A stretch of 52,036 nt of DNA, filler included, from Jimgerdemannia flammicorona (lineage: Eukaryota): assembly GCA_003990765.1 (NCBI GenBank). It is 2 parts of 2 records of this genome, joined end to end, with 100 filler letters (N's around TTAATTAATTAA, not from the genome) between each part and the next. Parts side by side here need not be neighbours in the genome. Positions count along the whole stretch, not along the records: positions 26,073 to 52,036 come from RBNJ01000773.1; 1 more part is not named here. One strand, given 5' to 3'. The first letter of the stretch is position 1. Every line of letters starts with the position of its first letter. Both the position numbers and the translations under genes were made by a program. Positions 35,601 through 48,100 of the stretch are shown in pieces. The notes beneath the pieces were generated by a model, which worked only from the letters and a program-made list of their open reading frames with translations, was not told the origin of the DNA and made no database searches.

Positions 35601-38600
35601 ATCAAGAATTACTTGAACATATCATTGATATATTCATGTCTATTATCTAAGCATATAGTGTATATTCTATATTCTATTTCATTCTTGGAAATTGTTTTGA
35701 ATACTTTGAATTTCTCCAAGACTTTACTCTTTACTGATAGAAAATATATATATATAATTATCAATAAATATCAGAAAATATCTCTTGCCTAAATGTGATG
35801 AGATATATATTAGGCCATATATATCCATATAGATTAGATCAAGGATCCCCAAGATGCACTTCAATTATTCTTCAAATAGTCACTGAGAAGTTTTGTTTTC
35901 TGTATATATATATTTTACAGAAGTTATTCTCCAAAAGTATATATACTAATAATCTACTCACTAAGCTACTTCTTATCATATATTTGAAGCTTATTTTACT
36001 GATATATTCTAAGTATTGATACTATGTGTTGGATATGTCAGGCATAGTTGTCATATAAGCAGAGGCTTTTATATTATTTCTATTTAAGATGATATAGTTG
36101 TGAACGTAGTTCAAAATGCAGCAAAGTGGCTATTGTGCTTAACACTTATGCATCTAATATTCATCACACAATGCAACTACCATCTAAGATTAGTCAGTTT
36201 CAATCACTTCCTGCACCCTACCATATGCTTAAACATTCATGCAATGTAATCATGCAATCCACCATCTTAGCTTAGACAGTTTCAATTGCTTTCTGCACCC
36301 TACCTTAGCTAGCCTGAGCTCCAACTGCATGCTCAAGAGTTAGGCAGCGGCCACACATTTCCCTCAACATACTCTAGCAATTGTCATTAGTAATTTGTAT
36401 CAATCGATTTCACACACTATCTCTCAGATACATCATACCACCTATCCATCGGTCTCAAGGCCTACCATCTGGTCCCCCAGTTCCAGCACCTGGTGTCCCA
36501 CATGCACCCCCATCAATTCCCAACTTAACTGACCTACGTACATTGCACAAGGACCAGCTCATCACACTCTGCCATAAACACAACCTCTCCATAGATGGTC
36601 AAAAGGCCACCCTGGTTACACATCTCGATGCTCATCGACCTGGCCCCGATTTCCCAGTTACTGAACCTATGGCGCTGGCTCCAGCACTGCTCCCTGATGG
36701 TCATGAAGTCAACATATTGATCGAACAGCTACTTCCAGCACTCGTGGCACGTCTCCACGGACCTTTAGCCAACACCAACCCCCCTCCAGTCCTACCACCC
36801 AGCTTACCGCCAGCACTCCCTCTTCCAGCCACCTTCACCTCTCCGGCAGTTCCCTCGCTTTTACTGCAGCCAACCCCATTGGCACCCTTACCAGCATGGT
36901 TTTCAAACCCTTTAAATGGTGAGTCGTCTAACCCCCCATTCGTCTCTGACACCATTCTATATTGTGATTGGGTTCCATCGGAGCTGGGTTGCCAATATCC
37001 AGCTCTGGAAAGGATGCTTTAAATGTGCAAACTTGCCAGTCAAACTGCTGAAGGGCAGCCCAGTTGTAACAGTCATTGATGGCCTTGATGATAAAGATGA
37101 TATATATGAGTAGCTGTGCAGTATGTGCAGTGTGGGGGGCAGCCCGAGTAGTGCCCAGAGACAGCAATGCACCCCGAATGTTGAAGATGGCTTCAAGCCA
37201 GAGTTGTAGGTCGAGATCGCAGTCTGGTGGATGTGAATCAGGTTTTCGCTGATTGCTCGGACATGATAGCAAGGTGTTGCCTGTCTATTTGGCCAGTATT
37301 TGGTATTCCCCTGCCTCAAGTGAGGTCAGCAGATGCTGTCTGGCACATGTTTGAAACTATTGTTGGCCAGCTGGCATCAGCACCACTTGTCTACCAACCA
37401 ACACATTGGCCCATACAGGCAACGGCCTCCTCAACAGAAAGTCCCAGAACAACCTCATCATGCTCCCTTTTATGCTTTCAGTGCAGGGTGCAGGCACACG
37501 CATTGACCTCTTGCACCCAAATCCCTCTCACACGACCTACATTCCCCATCAAACTGGATGATACTCTCTTCTCGGACGGTGCAGCCAGTTCTATCTGTCA
37601 CAACTACAATAGCTCTGGCTGCCGCAGCAATTGTGGCTGCCCCCATGTCTGCTTGTTCTGCTATGGCTCTCACCCAGGCACAGAGTGCTCTATTCACCGT
37701 GGCTAATCTAGTGACCCCACTCCCATCTGACCCCCCAGCATGTCCATACCACCTTGAGGAGTGGCAATGAGCACTTCACACCCATCCAGACCAACTTCTC
37801 ATTCAGTACCACTTAACAGGCCTATATCAGGGTTACCTTCATGGCAATCACTCCCATCCTGAGCTTCATATCAACTACATATCTAACAATCCGGCATCAG
37901 CTTACCAACATCGCAACATCCTTTCTGCCAACATTCTTGCCGAACTTCAAGCCAGTCACTACTTAGGACCCTTTTCATCTCCCTCTGCATTACCAACTGA
38001 GTTTCATCCCTTTCGCAATGCTCCCCTAGGAGTTGTCCCAAAAAAGAACTCTACCAAACTTTGCACCATTCAACACCTGTCCTTCCCAGAGGGAGCCTCT
38101 GTAAATGATGGCATCAACCCAGAGGAGTTTTCAATTCAGTACCAGTCGATCCAGTCCATCCTCTAGCTACTCCTCGCACTTGGCACCACAGCTCTATTTT
38201 GGAAGACAGATGTTGCTGAAGCCTTTCACACGATCCTGTCCATCAGTCTGACTGGGCTATGCAAGGCATCTGCTGGCTTGGCCTTTTCCTTCCATTCAGC
38301 CTTCGCTCAGCACTATTCATATTCACATCTCTGATGGATTTGTTCACATGGATTTCATTCAGCAGTATAACCTTCCCAATTTGGGCCACTTTGTGGATGA
38401 CTTTATCTATGTTGCATCACCCTCTACCGCTCAGTCTACATACTTGTGGTTTCACTCGGTCATTGCTCGCTTTGGTCTTCCCCTCAAAGCAGCCAAGGAT
38501 ATACCTCCCACACCAACTATTGAGTACATGGGCTTTCTCCTCGATGTCCCCAATATGACAATCAGCCTCCCACTCAAAAAACATACATGCATCCTCTCTC

Positions 38601-41600
38601 TGCTCACAGACTGGCTCGTAATACCTCATCAGGCTTGTCAGCCACATCCTCAGTCTTACCATGATGCTCATTCACTACTGGGTCATCTCATGCATATTGT
38701 CCAAGTCCTTCCAGATGGGAAAGTATTCTGTGATTCTATCATTTGTTTCATCTCTGCATAGAAACCACCCTATGCTGGGCGGTATCATCTATCTTCTCAC
38801 CTGGCCACTGATCTTCAATGGTGGCAGGACATCTTACGCTCATAGACAGGTTGTCACCTGCTTTTCCACTCTGATTGGCAGGATTGTGGTCTATTCACAG
38901 ACGCATCTGGAACAATTGGCACTGGCGGCCTTCTGGGCCAATGCTGGTGGAGCATTTGGTGGACCTCTTCATTCAGCAACCAGAAGAGATATGATATTTT
39001 CTGGAAGGAAATGTTTGCCATCTGGGTTTCACTTGCATTGTGAGGTTCCTCCTTTCATCATCAGTGTATCATCTTATGGTGCGATAGCCAACCCTGTATT
39101 GAATCGCTAACCAGTGGTCGGGCATGGCACCACTCTCTTGTCAATGATCTTTTATGATGCATTACCCTCTTATGTCTCAACAGAGGGTTTGACATCTAAG
39201 CTCAGTATATTCCTTCCTCATCTAACCCCACTGACTCCCTATCTCATCTTATCCATCTCCTCTCCCATCCCCAGGAACTGCTTCCTACAACTGTAACATC
39301 CCCCTTTGGCTTCACTATTGACTTGAGTCCTGTCTCTACCAACACTCTCACACCTGCACTGGTGCCCTTCGACCTGGCACCAACTCCTTCTACTGCTTCC
39401 TAGGCTGCTTTGGCATCGATAATACCACTGTCTTTCCTCTTCATGATACTACTGGGCCCTATGGCTGGCCAATGATCAAAAGCCATATACCACCATCAAG
39501 AACTATTTCTATGACATCACCGCTCATCAACTGGCCCACTGGTGAGGCCCCCCTCTCCACCACACATCCTTACCCCTGTTTGACATAGTATTGAAATCCA
39601 TTCAGTGCCACCCACCCCTCTCACACTCACTGGAATGACTTCCTATTACTCGCCAACACTTGCAGCTTATTCATGCTGCTCTCCCCCTTACTACATCTCA
39701 TGGCGCGACCATATGGGTGGCCACATGTACAGCCTTTTATGGCCTCATGTGAATTGGTGAGCTGACATCTCCTAACCACCTACCATTCAACTCACACTGG
39801 CAGGCATGCAGGCACCACCTTTGACAGCACTGGGACCCTACACTTTCCCAGCCCTTTTGGTCTCTACACCTCCCTTGCACCAAAACTGGTACCTCAGGCG
39901 ATGTATTTCTGGGGTTTTCAGGTGCCTTTGATTGCCCCTGTTCTGTGATTGACAATATGATCTGCCTCTGCCCTGCCCATTCTGAGGACCCCATCTTCTC
40001 CTTCAGTCCCACTCAACCCCTCTCTCGCTCAACATTCATCGAGGCCATTTGGGCCCCTTTAAGAGACACTCCACTAGCCACTGGAATTCATGGTCATTCC
40101 TTCCACATCAGTGATACTACTCTTCTTACATCGGCAGGATATCCAGATCACATTATTCAACTGGCTGGTCAGTGGAAGTCTATGGCCTTTCTGCGTTACA
40201 TCTGGCAACTCGACCAGATTCTACCTCAGATGACAGTCACCTTGGCCACACTTCCTCTACTCGACTACTAGTGGGCCATGGGTTTGGTGGGTGGTGGCCA
40301 AAAGGTGCCCACAAGTGGTCAGCGGCACCAGCATTACATTTAGGAGCCTTGCCCACTTTCCAGGCCCATGGTTCATTGGCCTCTTTGCATACGAATGCGA
40401 TTGGCGGGCCTTTGGAAGCATATGCTTCCTTTGAGCCAAACCCATGTCCCACATTAGATTCATTTTATATAGAACACTATTCATCTCACATTAGCCTCCT
40501 CATATATGAGACACTTTGATATAGTTGTGAATGTAGTTCAAAATGCAGCAAAGTGGCCATTGCGCTTAACACTTGTGCATCTAACATTCATCACGCAATG
40601 CAACTACCATCTTAGATTAGTCAGTTTCAATTGCTTCCTGCACCCTACCATGCGCTTAAACATTCATGCAACATAATCATGCAATCCACCATCTTAGCTT
40701 AGTCAGTTTCAATTGCTTTCTGCACCCTACCTTAGCTAGCCCAAGCTCCAACTGCATGCCCAAGAGTTAGGCAGCGGCCACACATTTCCCTCAACATACT
40801 CTAGCAATTGTCATTAGTAATTCATATCAATTGATTTCATGCACCCCTCCCACCCATTCCCCTTTGGAACAATAAATGTGCACCTGGCCTCTTTGCATAC
40901 GAATGCGATTGGTGGGCCTTTGGAAGCATATGCTTCCTTTGAGCCAAACCCATGTTCCACATTAGATTCATTTTATATAGAATACTATTCATCTCACATT
41001 AGCCTCCTTATGCATGGGACACTTTGCTATTGATCATGTAAAGATTTCCATATTTCAAAACTATTATTAGCTCATTATTGTACAAGTTACATATAGTGGT
41101 ACTCTTTACATATATGTATATTTCTTTATTGCTACAAGCCATCATCTTGCCTATAGAGAAGAGATTCTTTTCTATCTCTAGAATATATAGTATGTTCTCA
41201 AGAGTGGCAGTGGGCTCAATGATATTTCTATAAAGATGTATCTCTACATTTCTCTTTTCTTGAGCATAGATGATGTTGTTGTCTCCTAATTTGATAGATA
41301 TAGGATATTTGAAAGACTTATATATAGAAAACCATTTCCTGTATAGTATCATATATTATTTGGCTTTAGAATCCATTAACTAGATATTATTATTATTAAC
41401 TATATTAGTATATTCAGTGGGTATATTGTTGCTAGTAGTACTGATATCATCACTACTTTTTGTTAGCCCAAAAGTGTTTTGCTGACTGATTATAGATATC
41501 AGGTTGGTGGATTTAGTAGTAATGGAACTACTCATAGATATAGGTCTCATACTGACAGAGCTGGTACTGGTGGTAGATTTGGTAGATCTTATACTAGTAG

Positions 41601-42842
41601 AACTGATAGTTTGTAAAAAAAAATAGATTACTACTTTCATCAGTTTCAGTAGTGTTTGTATTGTCATACTTCTCTCAATAGTTCTTTCTACTGTCCCCAT
41701 ATTGCTAATATTGGCTTTTTCCATATTGTTACTTATTTTTACTATCCTTCTTGTCATTTTTCCAGCCATAGCAATGGTGTTTCCTATGTCTATACTTGCC
41801 ACAGTATTCACAGTAACCATCACACTTGGTTGATTGGCTGGACTGATTATTGTGTTATTGAGCTTAGGTTTGGATTTATCTCCTTTGGCCTTATTGTTGA
41901 CTATATTTTTGATCTTATTTGACACTACATCTAAGAGACCTATAGAAGGCATTTTCATCATTATTGATACTGTTTCCTTGGTGCATTTTCTCATTCATGA
42001 GGCTTATTATCACATAGATATAATCTGAGTGACTGCTACTCTTATGTATAGCTGTAATGACAATATTATATATCTAAGAGTCTTCTTATAAGTGTTATAA
42101 TCTTATCTTCATTTCTAATATAATCTGTAGATATACTGAGAGAATTCACTTGATTTACCAGATTGTTAATATGATTGGCATAATTGTGGATGTACTTCTT
42201 GGACTTTATTTGTATATTGAATAATTGAGATTTTAGGTGGAATTGATTGAATATAAATACTTATATATAATGAGTGTGTAGAATCTCCCATATATCATAT
42301 GTCATCATAGTATGCATTATAAGCTTTATTTGCAAGTTTAACAATATGAATGCAATCTTACATAATGCTTGACAATTATTTGTAGGGTCATAATCTTGAA
42401 TTAGTGCTTGTAGCTTTATATACTCTACTAAGCCACATTCATCAAGAAGATTCATCATATGAAACACCCAAATGACATAGTTTCTCCCATCAAAGATCAG
42501 AATGGATCTCTTGGCTGTGTTTATGCTAACAACTGGAACTGTGTTTTCCATACTTATTGAGGTGGTTACACTCATGGTTGGTAGAATGCTTATGATTGGT
42601 ATATTTATTTCCATGCTTATGTTGCTAGGCTGATCATCAAACATTTCTAGTGTAGTGTATTTGAAAGAGGTGTTTTGTTATAGCTGTTTAGTACTAGTGG
42701 GGCTCATAACCTTTGTTGTGAAAGAGGGCGATTTTATTGAAGTTGCGTAGGTCACGTATTTCTCTGCATTACTGATGAATGACGTAAATCTGATGGAATG
42801 GCGTAAGGTCACGTGCTGGGATATCGAGTTGCCATCCCAACA
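32678..42842 (-). mobile_element. Full-length degenerate Ty1/Copia LTR retrotransposon, TSD AGGAG
   Basis: LTRs 32678-32796 and 42714-42842 (TGTTG..CAACA). TSD AGGAG at 32673-32677 and 42843-42847. PBS GGTTATGAGCCC on the minus strand (~42700-42711); PPT TTGAGCGGGAG. Order: gag (FDGRNY; knuckle CEYCGKYRHRKHHC ~41790), protease (MDSKA ~41370), integrase (~35100-36030), RT (NSIWDLV..SKWV ~34650), RNase H (DNQSTI..ADSLTK). Confidence 0.96.
36092..41026 (+). mobile_element. Ngaro-type (DIRS order) tyrosine-recombinase retrotransposon with split direct repeats, nested in the Copia element
   Basis: Repeats A1 36092-36417, B1 40377-40518, A2 40519-40844, B2 40885-41026. gag with SAP-like motif and Cys/His fingers (36381-37706); RT GHFVDDF (~38385); RNase H FTDASG (~38895); YR motifs FYGLM*IGEL, TKT, GHSFHISDTT, GQWKSMAFLRYI (39440-40271). 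No TSD. Confidence 0.93.
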
Positions 42843-45155
42843 AGGAGTAACCTCACGACCTCGACGTGCCCGTTCTACGCAGCGAGGTGAAGCGGTGTCC
42901 ACCCGTTGTTGCTTTTAGCGTTGACGTTCCCTCCGAAGTCACTCACGAGCAACCTCAGGACCTCACCGTACCCGTTTTGAGTAGCAAAGTGAAGCGACGT
43001 TAATCCTTTGTTATCCCATCCACCCCGAATTCTGTCGCCACAACCTTACTATCTCGTCGTGCCCGTTCTGTGCAGCGATATGAAGCGGTATTCGTCCGTC
43101 GTTTCCTTGAACCTTGGCGTCCGCCCCCAACTCGGCCAAGAGCAACCTCACGACCTCAATATGTCCCAGCGCAGCAGCATGAAGCGGCGTCCACCCGCCT
43201 TTGTTCTTGGCATTGGCGTCCGCTCCGAACACGGCCACGAGCAACCTCACGACCTCGACGTTCCCGTTCTGCGCTGCCAAGTGAAGAGGTGTCGCACCAT
43301 ATTCTGTGTGGGAGTTGGCATCCGCCTTGCAATCAGCCAAAAGCAACCTCACAATATCGACATGCCCATTCTGCGAAGCCAAGTGAAGCGGCGTACACCG
43401 GTCCGTGTTCTTAACGTTAACATCCGTCATGGAGCTAGCCAAGAACAACCTTACAATATCGACGTACCCGTTCTGCGCGGCCAAATGGAGTGACGTCCAC
43501 CAGTCCATGTTCTTGGCGTTGGCGTCCGCCATGGAATCCGCCAAGAAAAATTTCGCAATATCAATGTGTCCGTTCTGCACAGCTAAGTGAAGTGGTGTCC
43601 ACCCGGACGTGTTCTTGGCATTAGCATCCGCCATGGATTCGGCCACAAGCAAGGTCACAATATCGACATGCCCCTTGCTCGCAGCGTGGTGAAGTGGCGT
43701 CCATCCATCGTTAGCCTTGGCGTTGGCGTTTGTCTTGAAGTCAGCTAAGTGAGACCTCACTCTATCGACGTACCCGTTCGGCGTAGATTGGTGGAGAGTA
43801 ATTCGTTTATCATTGGATTGGGCGTTGGTGTCTGCCTTGGACTCGGCCAAGAGCAACCTTACAATATCGACGTGCCCATTTTGCACGGCGATGTGAAGCG
43901 GGATCTCTCCATCTGTAGCCTTGGTGTTGGCGTCCCCCGTGGAGTCAGCCAAGAGAAACCTCACAACTTCGAGATGTCCCTGGTTCGTTGCATGGTGAAG
44001 AGGTGTCCATCCAGCATTGTTCTTGGGGTTGGGGTTCACACCAAAGACAATCACGAACAACCACACTACCTGGGTGCGACCGCTGTCTGCAGCGAGGTGT
44101 AGTGGTGTGCTACCATACACATCGATCGATGAAATGTCTGCATTACATTCATATAGCAGAAATTCGATGAGGTCCATGTTGCCGGTTTGTGCAGCCACGT
44201 GAAGCGGGGTTCTTCCGATTCTATCCCTCATAATGACGTCACTATTATTCGTACAGAGGGTTTTGACCATTGCCACCTCACCACCTTTTGCAAAGCGATG
44301 GATGAGTGGGAGAGAAAGGTCGAACTTAACCAAAAGCGACGCCGTCTTGCTTCCTTCAACACTTTGTTTCCAAAATATCGTTCTTTCCTCATCCTTGACG
44401 ACACCATAGCCTTTTCGGTAATACAATGCGACCACGATTTGCGCTTGTTTGCTGCCTGCCTCTGCTGCCTTCAAGAACCAATCAAATGCCTTGTCTAAAT
44501 CTTGCCCAACTCCACAACCCCCCTGGTAACACGCAGCAAGCGCTAACTGCGCCTCCAAATGGCAGCCTTGGTGCACCACTCAATTTGCTTGGCTAGGTCA
44601 TTTGTAACACCGAATCCTACTCCATAGCACAGTGCTGTGTAAAATTGAATTTCTGCATCGTTTGGAAGGGTTGCATCCACATTGTCAAACCGGTGGTTGA
44701 GGAAATCGTGTAAGCGCGGATGCAGGCTATAAAACTCCGTTTCGTTTTCGATAATGTTTGGGCGCCAGTCACCCACCATTGGGTCCTCTTCGTATTTTCG
44801 TCGGTTTAGCCAACTACTTTGCCAAAGTTTGTGCAAATTGTTTTCCACAAGCGATAGCGGAGGAGCAGCAGGGTCGTCCTTTAAAGCGTGCATTACGAGA
44901 GTTGATGTAAATGGAATGTTCCATGCTATCAACCGACCAAGAAACTTGCGGAGCGCATTGCTCAGGGTGACAAAACTGTATTCGATGCAAGCATTTATCG
45001 ATTTGTGGCGAGTAATAATAGATTCTACATTCTCAGCCACCGGAAGACAATCACGACCTTGTCGATGAATTTTTGGATAGGTTCCTTGCAATTGTCAAAC
45101 ATTCCTCCAAGAAGACGAATCGACAATGGGTGCCCATCAACTACTCAACTAAGCT
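42843..45155 (-). pseudogene. 5' visible part of NLR-like gene: NB-ARC HD1/winged-helix, 3 Sel1 repeats, ~15 ankyrin repeats
   Basis: VVDGHPLSIRLLGG (GxP motif, ~45105-45145, not in the ORF track), RHKSINACIEYSF, LWQSSWL, YSLHPRLHDFL (MHD-like). Sel1 CYQGGCGVGQDLDKAFDWFLKAAEAG. Ankyrins 42843-44310. Frameshifts near 45060, 44560 and 43040; stop TAG at 42875. Confidence 0.85.
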
Positions 45156-48100
45156 GCAGAGGAGGAAGAAGGCCCAGTGGGAGCCATGGGAGCAAACCCA
45201 GAGCCAGTGTCAAAGTGAATGGAAGACATGTAGAAAAGCATGTATAGGGGGGACAAACAAAGAACATAACCAAAATTGCATCAGCCATTTATTGCCATGT
45301 AAAAACATGGTCCTTATATATAAAATATGATGTCCCAAAAGGGAGGATGCACCACAACTTGGGGCGAACTGAATTAGGAACCACATGACCACTGGAGATA
45401 GATGGAGATAAGAGGGGAGCCAATCCCAGTTACAGGATAAAAATCACAAACAAATACAAACAAAACAAATCCAAATCAAGATTAAAAAACATCTGCAGAC
45501 CCCAGAGGGGTGAGCGTGAGTGAGGGGTGAGGCCGAAACGGAGCAAGCTGCAGCAAACCCGAGTGAAGCAAGGGGCCGAAGGCAGCAGAGGGGAGCAGAG
45601 TAAGGCCAAGACCCTGGAGCAAGTGCGAGACCCTGGAGGGGGCAAGGATGTTTTTTAATCCTCTCCAGCAGAGCTGGAGGCACCAGAAGGTGATGAAAAT
45701 GCAAAACAAGAGTGATGGATAAAAGAAGAAATAGAAGGAAGATACAAATGAGCAATCAGAGGGCGTCAAGAAAGAGATGAAAGTCTATGGTATGAAAGAG
45801 AAGAGCGCAGGACAGTATCAGGGTATTGAGCAACCCAGCAAGCATGATCAAATGGTATGATAAGAATCGGGGGCAGGAAAGAAGAGGGGGTATAGAGAGG
45901 GTAAGGGGGGAGGGAGGGAAGAGAAGGGGGATAAAGAGGAGAGAGAAGGGAAGAGTGAACAACAGACCATTCAACAGAAGCAAGCAGATCACAAATGATA
46001 GAAATTGGGTAGGTACATTGATGGACCATGAAGTTGCCAAGAACCCAAACAGCAGACACCCAATCAGAATGATAGGAGCAGCATAATGCAAGATGATGAG
46101 CCTTACCACGAATATATTTAAGGAGAGTGTGACGAGGATGGTTGGACAGAAAGTCAGGGAACTGTTGAGAACATGGAAAATGAGAATAAACAACAGTTTG
46201 AAAAGGAGAAAGAGAAATAGAAAGGTCCAAAAAGGGAATACTGGTCGTACCACACACCCAAGTAATAATATGATGGAGAGGGTAGATGCCCAAAAATATA
46301 CTAGAGATATTAATGCCAGCAACAGCAAGGATAATAAAGTCATTGATATATTGGCGAAAGAAGATATCCCTAGCCCAGAACGTGATGGAAAGAGGTGAAG
46401 AAAGATCACAGATCACATGAAGTTCATGGGCCAGGCCAACAAGGTTGGCAAGAGTGGGGGCACAATTCATACCTATGGCAATACCAGAAGTCTGGTGAAA
46501 GGAGCCAAGGGCTGACTCAAAGTAATTAGAGCCACAGATGAGGAGCATAAGCTCAACAATAGAAGCCAACAAGACTGGAGAGTCCAAAGGAAAGGTAATG
46601 GAACCCAAGAAACAAAGGCAGTCATCGATCTCATCAAAATGAATAGCAGTGTAGAAAGAGGAAAAACACCAGAGGCCAAATGGGAAAAATGGTGAACAGG
46701 TACAATGGTGGAGCAGAGAAGGGCAAGCTCCTGAGTATCATGAAGAATAGTATACTCAGGCCCAAGATGGTGTTGTAAAAGAGCCATCCAGGAGAGAAAG
46801 AAGCAAGATAACCACTTCAAAATCTCAGTAGTAGGAGAATTATAAGCAGCCGTAATGGGATGCCAAGCCAAAATAGGCTTGTGAACTTTAGGAAGGGCAT
46901 AAAAGATCAGAAGACAAATGTCTGAAGAGGACAAAGAGTTCTAAAAGAAGTTAAAAATGGGATTCACAAATAGGGAATCCGAAAGCAATCTGGCATGAGC
47001 CAGAGAAGCCTGTAGAAGAATGAGAACCTCATCCAATCCAAGAGTGCTAGGCTTGTAAGCCATAGCTCAAAGGAGGGCAGAAAGGTCATCAAGGTAGAGT
47101 GACTTAGAAATAAGTACAAAACCCTGATTCTTATCAGTGACTGTGAGCAAATGTATAGGCAATTGCTTGATTGATTTAAGCATGGTACGCATGGCATGGT
47201 CTGAAACCAAGCAAGAGCAAGTGCATCTGGGAATGGACAGCGAGCAAGCCATGTCGAGGAATATGTAGTGTAAAGAGACATTGGGAGGGGGGACCCAATT
47301 GCTGGGAATAAAATAGTGAGAGGGCATCTCACTATGATCCTTGAAGAAGATGGCAAAGTCAAGAGCATGATAAAAATATGTGAGATGAGCCGGATTGGTG
47401 AAGGAGAATTGTGAGGGAGTTGCAGAAAAATCAAAGTGAGGACCCAAGGATAAGGCAAAGACTTGAAGGAGAGAAAGAGGGCAGTCAGCCAAAGAAAAAG
47501 GAGAAGACAAAAGTGTTCCAAGAGAAGAATAAACCTGAAAGTTCAGGATAAGCAACTGGGAAAGGTGAAGGGGGGTCAATGTGAGGAACCACTCAGGGCA
47601 CACCAGAAGCGACAATGGGATCCAAGAAGGGATGGGGACACTGGGGGAGAACCACACTGGGGGAAAGTTTAAGAGCGGGAGGTCTTCCTCTTCCCTCTGA
47701 CTTTTTTTAAAGGTGGCAAACCCAACGAATGGGAGTACACCCCATCAGAGTGCCAGACCTTATGGCCACAGGCTTTCGTGCAGCCCTTACATTCAGGGGC
47801 ATGGGTGGAGGAGGTGGAGGAGGAGCTGGCAGAGGAAGCCAAAGGCGAGTGAACAGCCAAAGGGGCAGCAGTATGAGGAATACCACCATGAGGACAGATG
47901 GACTTAGCCAGGTACCAGTAGGCATGGTGTAGGTGACCAGAGCAGACAGCACAAGGCCAGGCCCCAATAGGGTGAGAACCAAGTTGGCAGCCACGTTTAG
48001 GGGCAGGGGGAATGGAGGAGGAAGCCTTGATGGGAGAGGGGGACCAAGAAGAGGCTGACGAAGCCTGGTTGGGCTTGGTGGGGGCCTTGGCAGGGGTCTT

